Below, in pieces: positions 54,963 through 64,000 of a stretch of DNA of 64,000 bases (the first letter of the stretch is position 1; each line of letters opens with the position of its first letter). The translations under genes and the position numbers were made by a program. Under the pieces are notes generated by a model. That model worked only from the letters and a program-made list of their open reading frames with translations. It did not search any database and was not told the origin of the DNA. Source of the DNA: Cyanobacteriota bacterium (GTDB lineage: Bacteria > Cyanobacteriota > Cyanobacteriia > PCC-6307 > Cyanobiaceae); NCBI GenBank assembly GCA_046052125.1, contig JBJOMY010000002.1:288001-352000 (forward strand). Reading direction: 5' to 3'.

Positions 54963-55003
54963 CTGTCCAGAATTTCGTACAGACCGTACGTAACTCTGGA
55001 CAG
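54963..55003. repeat. 41-bp dyad element, copy 5
   Basis: CTGTCCAGA ATTTCGTAC AGACC GTACGTAAC TCTGGACAG; between convergent crcB and gpx. Confidence 0.85.
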
Positions 55004-55015
55004 CGACCAAACGAC

Positions 55016-55486
55016 TTATGCGGCCAGTGCAGCTTCGATCGCGCCCTTCAGCTCCGCCGATTCCGGTTCAACGCCGCTCTTGAAGCGGGCGATCACGGTG
55101 CCGTCTTTGCCCACCAGGAACTTTTCGAAGTTCCAAGCCACTGGGCCGGCCGGTGCGCTCTGGACCAGGGTGTCGAAGGGAGCGGCGCTGATCGCCACCT
55201 TGGCGTAGATCGGGAAGTTGACGCCATAGGTGGTGGAGCAGAACTGCTGAACCTCTTCCACAGTGCCGGGCTCCTGAGCGCCGAAGTCGTTGCAGGGGAA
55301 GGCCAGCACCGAGAAGCCCTGACTGCCGTAGGCCTCCTGTAGCGCCTGCAGGCCGGTGTACTGGCGGGTGAAGCCGCAGCGGCTGGCCACGTTCACGATC
55401 AGGCGTACCTGGCCGTCGAGTTCACCGAGGCGCTGTTGGTCGCCGGTTGCGGTGCTCACCACCACATCGCTCACGCTGACAGACAT
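55016..55486 (-). CDS. gpx: Glutathione peroxidase family protein
   Basis: NVASRCGFT, FPCNDFG, WNFEKFL. Confidence 0.93.
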   Translation of the reverse strand: MSVSVSDVVVSTATGDQQRLGELDGQVRLIVNVASRCGFTRQYTGLQALQEAYGSQGFSVLAFPCNDFGAQEPGTVEEVQQFCSTTYGVNFPIYAKVAISAAPFDTLVQSAPAGPVAWNFEKFLVGKDGTVIARFKSGVEPESAELKGAIEAALAA

Positions 55487-55557
55487 TGCTCGTGTTCGAG
55501 AAGGCGGGACCATAGCGACATCAGCCCATACACTCGGGTTGCCGCAGCCCCGGGGCC

Positions 55558-56967
55558 ATGAGCGAGGCGTCTGCAGCTGCCGCAGTTCCACCCAACAGCG
55601 GTGCGGCACTGGCTGAGGTGCTTACCCAACAGCTGAAGGTGCTGTTGGAGGCCGGCAACTACGACGGCGTGAAGCTGCTGCTGCAGCCCGTGCAGGAGGT
55701 GGATATCGCCGAGGCGATCGGTGGTTTGCCGCGCACGTTGCAGGCGCTGGCGTTTCGTCTGCTGCCCAAGGACGAGGCGATCGCTGTTTACGAATACCTC
55801 GAGCCGAGCGTGCAGCAGACGCTGCTCGATCGCTTGCGCTCCAGTGAAGTGCTGGAGCTGGTGGAGGAGATGTCACCCGATGACCGGGTGGATCTGTTTG
55901 ATGAGCTGCCCGCGAAGGTGGTGCGCCGACTGTTAGCGGAGCTGAGTCCGGCGGAGCGGCGGGTCACCGCCCAGTTGCTCGGCTACGAGCCGGAAACCGC
56001 TGGCCGGTTGATGACCACGGAGTTCATCGACCTCAAGGAATTCCACAGCGTGGCCCAGGCGCTCACGATCGTCCGCCGCCGCGCCCGCGACACCGAAACG
56101 ATCTACGCGCTCTACGTCACCGACGCATCGCGCTATCTCACTGGCATCCTTTCCCTGCGGGATCTGGTGGTGGCCGATCCGGAGCAGCGGGTGGGCGATG
56201 TGATGACCCGCGAGGTGGTGAGCGTGGGCACCGATACCGATCAAGAGGAAGTGGCGCGGGTGATCCAGCGCTACGACTTCCTCGCCGTGCCGGTGGTGGA
56301 CCGGGAACAGCGCCTTGTGGGGATCGTGACCGTGGATGACGTGATCGACGTGATCCAGCAGGAGGCCACCCGCGACCTCTACGCCGCTGGCGCCGTGCAG
56401 GCCGGTGATGAAGACGACTACTTCCAGAGCAACCTGTTCAGCGTGGCCCGCCGCCGGGTGGTGTGGCTGTTGGTGCTCCTGCTGGCCAATAGCGGCACCG
56501 CCGCGGTGATCGCCTCGATGGATGGGGTGTTGAAACAGGTGGTGGTGCTCGCCGCCTTCATTCCGCTGCTGATTGGCACCGGCGGCAATGTGGGCGCCCA
56601 GAGCTCCACTGTGGTGATCCGTGGTCTGAGCACCCAGCGCATTCAGAGCCTCGGGCCCGCTCGCGCCATCGGCCGGGAGGCGATTGCCGGTGCGCTGCTT
56701 GGGGTGTTGATGATGCTGGTGGTGGTGCCCTGGTCGGGCTACGTGAGCGGTGGCAACTGGCTGGTGGCCACCGCGGCGGGTATCAGCTTGGTGGCGATCA
56801 CCACCCTCGCTGCCACGGCCGGTGCGGCGCTGCCTTTGCTGTTCAACCGCCTGGGGCTGGATCCGGCGCTGATGTCAGCCCCGTTCATTGCCACCGCCAC
56901 CGACGTGGCCGGCGTGTTCATCTACTTGCAGACCGCCAGTTGGTTGCTGAGCCGTTCGGGGGGCTGA
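55558..56967 (+). CDS. mgtE: Magnesium transporter MgtE
   Basis: TAGRLMT, CBS pair, GGNVGAQ, DPALMSAPF. Confidence 0.95.
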   Translation: MSEASAAAAVPPNSGAALAEVLTQQLKVLLEAGNYDGVKLLLQPVQEVDIAEAIGGLPRTLQALAFRLLPKDEAIAVYEYLEPSVQQTLLDRLRSSEVLELVEEMSPDDRVDLFDELPAKVVRRLLAELSPAERRVTAQLLGYEPETAGRLMTTEFIDLKEFHSVAQALTIVRRRARDTETIYALYVTDASRYLTGILSLRDLVVADPEQRVGDVMTREVVSVGTDTDQEEVARVIQRYDFLAVPVVDREQRLVGIVTVDDVIDVIQQEATRDLYAAGAVQAGDEDDYFQSNLFSVARRRVVWLLVLLLANSGTAAVIASMDGVLKQVVVLAAFIPLLIGTGGNVGAQSSTVVIRGLSTQRIQSLGPARAIGREAIAGALLGVLMMLVVVPWSGYVSGGNWLVATAAGISLVAITTLAATAGAALPLLFNRLGLDPALMSAPFIATATDVAGVFIYLQTASWLLSRSGG

Positions 56968-57091
56968 CTGAAGCCGGCAGAAGCATGGGGCAGGAGCTGA
57001 TCCCCTGGCGTTTCCGATGGATCCGCGCGCTTTCTGAGAGATGCTTCACACTTCTTCAGGGTAAGCTTCACATCAGTTCACAGGCCTTGCC

Positions 57092-58081
57092 GTGGTCGTT
57101 GCTGTTGATGCCTCGGGGCTGAGCACCGATCTGGTGCGCTCCTACCTGCGCGACATTGGTCGCGTGCCTCTGCTCACCCATGAGCAGGAGATCACCCTGG
57201 GCCGCCAAGTGCAGGAGCTGGTGGCGCTCGAGGAGCTTGAGCAGGAGCTGGAAATGCGCTCCGGCGGCTCTAAGCCCGACCACGATCAGCTAGCCAAAGC
57301 CGCTCAGCTCACCCCCCAGCAACTGAAGAAGCGGTTGCGCAGCGGCCAACGCGCCAAGGAGCGGATGGTGGCGGCCAACCTGCGGCTGGTGGTGAGCGTG
57401 GCGAAGAAATACACCAAGCGGAACATGGAGCTCCTGGACCTGATCCAGGAGGGCACCATTGGCTTGGTGCGGGGCGTGGAGAAGTTCGATCCCACCCGCG
57501 GCTACAAGTTCTCCACCTATGCCTATTGGTGGATCCGCCAGGGCATTACCCGGGCGATTGCGGAGAAGAGCCGCACGATCCGGCTGCCGATCCACATCAC
57601 CGAAACGCTGAACAAGCTCAAGAAGGGCCAGCGGGAACTGAGCCAGGAATTGGGCCGCACCCCCACCGTCACGGAACTGGCCGAGTTTGTGGAGCTGCCG
57701 GAGGAGGAGGTGAAAGACCTGCTCTGCCGCGCCCGCCAACCGGTGAGCCTGGAAACCAAGGTGGGCGATGGCGACGACACTGAACTGCTCGATCTCCTCG
57801 CCGCCGAAGGCACCCAGCCCGAGGAGCTTGTGGATGGGGAGTGCCTGCGTAGCGACATGCAGTGCTTGCTCGAGCAGCTGCCGGACCTGCAGTGCCGGGT
57901 GCTCAAGATGCGCTACGGCATCCCCTGCGCCGATGTGCCTGAGCCCGATGAACCGATGAGCCTCACCGGCATCGGCCGCATCCTCGGCATGAGCCGCGAC
58001 CGTGTTCGCAACCTGGAGCGCGATGGCCTCGCCGGCCTGCGCCGCCTCAGCGAAAACGTTCAGGCTTACGTGGCCGTCTGA
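57092..58081 (+). CDS. Group 2 RpoD-like sigma factor
   Basis: YLRDIGRVPLL, ANLRLVVSVAKKY, DLIQEG, KFSTYAYWWIRQ; no region 1.1. Confidence 0.92.
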   Translation: MVVAVDASGLSTDLVRSYLRDIGRVPLLTHEQEITLGRQVQELVALEELEQELEMRSGGSKPDHDQLAKAAQLTPQQLKKRLRSGQRAKERMVAANLRLVVSVAKKYTKRNMELLDLIQEGTIGLVRGVEKFDPTRGYKFSTYAYWWIRQGITRAIAEKSRTIRLPIHITETLNKLKKGQRELSQELGRTPTVTELAEFVELPEEEVKDLLCRARQPVSLETKVGDGDDTELLDLLAAEGTQPEELVDGECLRSDMQCLLEQLPDLQCRVLKMRYGIPCADVPEPDEPMSLTGIGRILGMSRDRVRNLERDGLAGLRRLSENVQAYVAV

Positions 58082-58089
58082 ACTCAGGT

Positions 58090-59265
58090 TTGCCGGCTGA
58101 TCTGCCTCTCCACCAACCTCAGCAGTTGCGCGAAGCGCTGCTCCTTTGGTGGGACCGACATGGTCGCCACTCGATTCCTTGGAAACAAGCTCCAGGGGGT
58201 GAGCGTCCTTCGCCAGAGGAGCCGCTCGATCCCTACCCCATTTGGGTGGCCGAGGTGATGTTGCAGCAGACCCAGCTGCAGGTGGTGCTCCCCTTCTGGC
58301 AGCGCTGGATGGAGGTGTTGCCCACGCTGGCGGCATTGGCGGACGCAGAGGAGCACGATGTGTTGCTGCTCTGGCAGGGCCTGGGCTACTACTCGCGCGC
58401 GCGTCGCTTACTGGCGGGCGCGCGTGTGTTGCACGAGCAGATCACGGCAGCCGATGGAGTCGCAGGGGACTCCGGCGCCTGGCCCCAGGATCTCGACAGC
58501 TGGCTGGCGTTGCCGGGTATCGGGCCAAGCACGGCCGGCAGCATCCTCTCCTCGGCGTTCAATCTCCCCTTCGCGATCCTTGACGGCAACGTGAAGCGGG
58601 TCTTGGCCCGGTTGATGGCCTGTGAGCGGCCTCCAGCGCGGGAGCAGGCCGCGTTCTGGCGTTGGAGTGAGCAGCTGCTCGATCCCGAACGGCCCCGGGA
58701 TTTCAATCAGGCCTTGATGGATCTGGGGGCCGCCGTGTGCACGCCCCGCAATCCCCACTGCGAGCTATGCCCCTGGCGCAGCCAGTGCGCTGCTTACGCT
58801 GCCGGCACCCCCGCTGCCTACCCCGTGACGGAATCCCCCCGCGAGCTGCCGTTTCAGGTGATCGGGGTGGGGGTGGTGCTCAACGACGCCGGCCAGGTGC
58901 TGATTGATCAGCGCCTCAATGAGGGCTTGCTGGGAGGGCTCTGGGAATTCCCCGGTGGCAAGCAGGAACCGGGTGAGCCGATCGCCAGCACGATCGTGCG
59001 TGAACTGCAGGAGGAGCTGGCGATCGAAGCCGAGGTGGGAGAAGAGCTGATCACCCTTGAGCACGCCTACAGCCACAAGCGTTTGCGCTTCGTGGTGCAC
59101 CTCTGCCGTTGGCTCAGCGGTGAGCCCCAGCCCCTCGCCAGTCAGCAGGTGCGCTGGGTGGATCCGGCTCAGCTGGGTGAGTTCCCATTCCCGGCTGCGA
59201 ATGCGCGGATCATTGCCGCCCTGCACGAGCGTTTGCAAGCTGAGAGCAGTGCCGCCGCGGCCTGA
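58090..59265 (+). CDS. mutY: A/G-specific adenine glycosylase with C-terminal Nudix domain
   Basis: EVMLQQT, WQGLGYYSRAR, HhH LPGIG, CTPRNPHCELCP Fe-S motif, WEFPGG. Confidence 0.9.
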   Translation: MPADLPLHQPQQLREALLLWWDRHGRHSIPWKQAPGGERPSPEEPLDPYPIWVAEVMLQQTQLQVVLPFWQRWMEVLPTLAALADAEEHDVLLLWQGLGYYSRARRLLAGARVLHEQITAADGVAGDSGAWPQDLDSWLALPGIGPSTAGSILSSAFNLPFAILDGNVKRVLARLMACERPPAREQAAFWRWSEQLLDPERPRDFNQALMDLGAAVCTPRNPHCELCPWRSQCAAYAAGTPAAYPVTESPRELPFQVIGVGVVLNDAGQVLIDQRLNEGLLGGLWEFPGGKQEPGEPIASTIVRELQEELAIEAEVGEELITLEHAYSHKRLRFVVHLCRWLSGEPQPLASQQVRWVDPAQLGEFPFPAANARIIAALHERLQAESSAAAA

Positions 59266-59278
59266 GGCCGCCTGAGCC

Positions 59279-60283
59279 ATGGCCGCTGCGCCGCAGGTGA
59301 TCTGTCTGGGTGAAGCCCTGGTGGATCGCCTGGGTCCCCTGGGGGGCGACCCGGCCACGGCCCCGCCGGATCAGTGCGATGACCGCCTCGGCGGTGCTCC
59401 CGCCAATGTGGCCTGCGGTCTGGCGCGCTTGGGTGCCGCCTCAGCCTTTGTGGGGCGCTTGGGGCTCGATCCCATCGGAGAGGCCTTCACTCAGCTGCTC
59501 AGGCAGCGGGGTGTTGATCTCCGTGCCCTGCAGCACGACCCCATTTGTCCGAGTCGGATCGTGCTCGTGCGGCGTGACGCCGGCGGTGATCGCAGCTTCG
59601 GTGGCTTCGCCGGTGATCAGGGCGAGGGATTTGCTGATCAAGCTCTCGATGCCACGGCCTTGCAGGTGAACCTCCCCCCACTGCTGGCAGAGGCCCGCTG
59701 GCTGCAGGTGGGCACAATTCCTTTGGCCACAGCGGCTTCCGCTGAGGCGCTGCGGTTGGCGCTGGGGCTGGCGGCCGATGCGGGCGTGCCCCTGGCCCTG
59801 GATGTGAATTGGCGGCCCACCTTCTGGAGCCCGGATGCGGCACCGGATGCAGGCCCATCGGCTCAGGCCAAGGCAGCGATGCAACCCCTGCTGGAGCAGG
59901 CGGCGTTGCTCAAATTGGCGGCGGAAGAGGCGCAATGGTTGTTCGGCTCGCGCGATCCGGTGGTGATCCGCGCCGGCCTACCCCAGCATCCGGCCGTGGT
60001 GGTGACCGATGGCGGCGCTCAGCTGGCCTGGTGTTTCGGCTCCAGCAGTGGCGTGATACCTGCTTACACGGTGCCTGTGGTGGACAGCACCGGTGCGGGG
60101 GATGCCTTCCTGGCGGGGCTCTTGCATCAGCTCTGCCTCCACCCCGAGCAACTCGATGGCGGCTGCACGGAGGCGCTGCGCTTCGCCAGTGCTTGCGGTG
60201 CGCTGGTGTGCGGCGGTGCGGGGGCGATCGATCCCCAGCCGAGCCAGCCGCAGGTGGAGCGGTTTCTGGCTGAGCACTGCTAG
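59279..60283 (+). CDS. PfkB-family carbohydrate kinase
   Basis: GGAPANVA, DVNWRP, DSTGAGDAF. Confidence 0.9.
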   Translation: MAAAPQVICLGEALVDRLGPLGGDPATAPPDQCDDRLGGAPANVACGLARLGAASAFVGRLGLDPIGEAFTQLLRQRGVDLRALQHDPICPSRIVLVRRDAGGDRSFGGFAGDQGEGFADQALDATALQVNLPPLLAEARWLQVGTIPLATAASAEALRLALGLAADAGVPLALDVNWRPTFWSPDAAPDAGPSAQAKAAMQPLLEQAALLKLAAEEAQWLFGSRDPVVIRAGLPQHPAVVVTDGGAQLAWCFGSSSGVIPAYTVPVVDSTGAGDAFLAGLLHQLCLHPEQLDGGCTEALRFASACGALVCGGAGAIDPQPSQPQVERFLAEHC

Positions 60284-60291
60284 TGCTGGGT

Positions 60292-60765
60292 TCAAACCTG
60301 AAGCGTGGCGCGCCTCCCCGCCTCGGGCTGATCGGGTTGCACCAGTTCGAGCTGCACCAGCCAGGCACCCTCAGGCACGAAGCTCAACCGCTCACTCCAC
60401 TCCACCGCCATCAGGGCGCCAAGCTCCAGGGCTTCCTCTTCCTCCTGGGCGAACAGTTCATCGGCCGCGCTGGCCTGCTCGAGCCGGTAGAGATCGAGAT
60501 GCACCAGGGCGGTGCTGCGGCCAGTCACCTGGCCCCCGTAGTGCTGCGCCAACGCAAAGGTGGGGCTGGTGATCGCCTCATCGATGCCCAACCCGGATGC
60601 GATGCCCTGCACCAGGCAGGTTTTGCCCGCCCCGAGATCACCCTGCAGCAGCAGGATCGGTGGCTCTGCGCTGACGCTGCACTGCTGCAGCCAGTGCAGC
60701 GCCAGCTCACGGCCCAGGGCCGCGGTGGCGGCGGCATCCGTCAACAACACGCTGCGCGATTCCAT
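60292..60765 (-). CDS. tsaE: tRNA threonylcarbamoyladenosine biosynthesis ATPase
   Basis: GDLGAGKT, SPTF, HLDLYRL, VEW. Confidence 0.93.
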   Translation of the reverse strand: MESRSVLLTDAAATAALGRELALHWLQQCSVSAEPPILLLQGDLGAGKTCLVQGIASGLGIDEAITSPTFALAQHYGGQVTGRSTALVHLDLYRLEQASAADELFAQEEEEALELGALMAVEWSERLSFVPEGAWLVQLELVQPDQPEAGRRATLQV

Positions 60766-60911
60766 CCCGGTAGATTGCCCTCAAGCGAGCCCGAAGCCTC
60801 GGCGTCTCTGCAGATATTCCAAATCGATCACTCCAGCGGCCGTGCATGAACGCGATGCGTTGTGCGGTTGTGACGTCTGGATGGTCGTATCAACCCAATC
60901 GAAACAACTCC

Positions 60912-62339
<1,428 letters not shown>

Positions 62340-62423
62340 TCAAACGGCCTCACGTTTTGGTCGCGGCATTCCGGTTCTTCGGATCGGGATGCCGCACAAT
62401 CAGGCCACGTTGCGGCAAAGGCC

Positions 62424-63083
62424 ATGGGGATCAGCGAACTGGTGCAACAGCTGCCGGAGCTGATCGGGTCTGCGGTGGAAGCCAACCCCTGGCTGGGTTA
62501 CGGCGCCATCTTCGCGGCGATGTTTCTCGAAAACCTGTTTCCGCCGATCCCCTCAGAGCTGATCATGCCTCTGGGGGGTTTTTATGTGCACCAGGGTCAG
62601 CTGGCCCTGATTCCGGTGGTGCTGGCCGGCCTGATCGGCACGGTGCTCGGCGCCCTGCCCTGGTATGGCATCGGCCGCCTGATCAACGAAGAGCGCATCG
62701 AGCAGTGGCTGGAGCGCCACGGCCGCTGGATCGGCATCAGCGCCCAGGAATTCCACCGCAGCCGCACCTGGTTCAACCGCTACGGCAATGCCCTGGTCTT
62801 TTGGGGTCGCCTCGTCCCCGGCATCCGCACCCTGATCTCAGTCCCCGCCGGCATTGAACTGATGCCCTTCACCCCCTTCCTGCTCTGGACCACCGCCGGC
62901 AGCTTCATCTGGACCCTGCTCCTCACCCTCGCCGGCATGGCCCTAGGTGAGGGCTACGCCAACGTCGAACTCTGGATCGAACCGGTCGCCAAAGCCATCA
63001 AGGTGCTCCTAGTTCTGTCAGTCGCAGCCGTGGTTGTGTGGCTCGGCCTCCGCGCCTGGAACAAACGCAACTCCAGCCACTAA
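62424..63083 (+). CDS. DedA family membrane protein
   Basis: ENLFPPIPSE, GRLVPGIRTLISVPAG. Confidence 0.92.
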   Translation: MGISELVQQLPELIGSAVEANPWLGYGAIFAAMFLENLFPPIPSELIMPLGGFYVHQGQLALIPVVLAGLIGTVLGALPWYGIGRLINEERIEQWLERHGRWIGISAQEFHRSRTWFNRYGNALVFWGRLVPGIRTLISVPAGIELMPFTPFLLWTTAGSFIWTLLLTLAGMALGEGYANVELWIEPVAKAIKVLLVLSVAAVVVWLGLRAWNKRNSSH

Positions 63084-63154
63084 TCCACCTGGGCTCCTCG
63101 GTTTGGGTCTGAGCGGTTCTGCTGACAAGAAACCCGAACTCACTCCTGCCCGAT

Positions 63155-63220
63155 TCGTCCGGGAATGACGATCGGGCTGCTCGCCTTCGGAACATCAGCC
63201 CGATCGCCATCCCCGGACGA
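63155..63220. other. Long imperfect hairpin between convergent dedA and ssb
   Basis: TCGTCCGGG..ATG.CGATCGGGCTG pairs with CAGCCCGATCG.CAT.CCCGGACGA. Confidence 0.7.
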
Positions 63221-63238
63221 GGGGTCAAAGAGGAGGGT

Positions 63239-63628
63239 TCAGAAGGGAACCTCTTCGTCGGTGGGTTCGCCACCGAAGCCACCGCCACCACCAAAGCCGC
63301 CGCCCTCGGCATCGCGCTTCGAGCCCAGCAGCTCAAGCCGATCCACACGGATCACCGGTTTGCTGCGCTCTTCGCCGGTGGCGCGGTCGGTCCAACGGTC
63401 GAGTTTGAAGCTGCCGATGATGCCGAGCAGTGAGCCTTTGCGCACATAATCGGCGGCCACCTGGGCCTGCTTGCCCCAGATCTCCAGGTTGAACCAATCG
63501 GGTTCGTCGTTACTGGAGCGGCGGTTCACCGCCATGGTGAGGTTGGCCACCATGCTTCCTGATTCGAAGTAGCGAACCTCGGGATCGCGGCCAGCACGGC
63601 CGACGAGGGTGATCGAGTTGACGCCCAT
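63239..63628 (-). CDS. ssb: Single-stranded DNA-binding protein
   Basis: LVGRAGRDPE, WGKQA, Gly-rich linker, EEVPF tail. Confidence 0.95.
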   Translation of the reverse strand: MGVNSITLVGRAGRDPEVRYFESGSMVANLTMAVNRRSSNDEPDWFNLEIWGKQAQVAADYVRKGSLLGIIGSFKLDRWTDRATGEERSKPVIRVDRLELLGSKRDAEGGGFGGGGGFGGEPTDEEVPF

Positions 63629-63740
63629 GGCGTTCTCCTGTTGATGCGTTGAGTCAATGATGCAGTCCGCAATGGGGCTGCTTCATAGGGAGAGTTCCAC
63701 CCTTTGGCCCGGATGTTCCATCTGGGCATCCCACCTATGA

Positions 63741-64000
<260 letters not shown>

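Noticed and set aside
60766..60911. SAH/SAM riboswitch upstream of ahcY
   Set aside because: No consensus recognised; short divergent promoter region.
63155..63220. SRP RNA
   Set aside because: The minus strand has CCGAAGG..AGCAGC but lacks the conserved CAGG..GGAA domain IV pattern.

Overview
High-GC picocyanobacterial chromosome segment (Synechococcus/Cyanobium-like). It starts at the likely replication origin between thrC and dnaN. It then runs through core genes: purL/purF, lysC, holA, cobH, mutS, psbZ, ribH, secA, cysE, tRNA-Gly, plmA, infC, miaA, gyrB, crcB x2, gpx, mgtE, a group-2 sigma factor, mutY, tsaE, ahcY, ssb and the 5' end of mreB. A ~24 kb surface-polysaccharide island (19.6-44 kb) lies between a GNAT gene and secA. 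It carries scattered rml genes, two TA modules, a polyprenyl-phospho-pentofuranose cassette with two oxidoreductase pairs and two GT-C-like proteins, GT2s, a methyltransferase/coiled-coil protein and Wzm/Wzt. The strongest unexplained signal is a 41-bp dyad element (core GTRC-N5-GTAC, outer arms TGTCC...GGACA) found five times, always in intergenic DNA. One copy lies directly upstream of a Phd/YefM-antitoxin::PIN fusion whose PIN catalytic acids appear replaced by R/R/H and whose stop overlaps the holA start. Another lies between convergent genes. Together these may represent a domesticated TA-derived DNA-binding system acting on origin-proximal sites. That is a hypothesis, not a demonstration. 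All gene calls rest on recognised motifs; no database searches were run.
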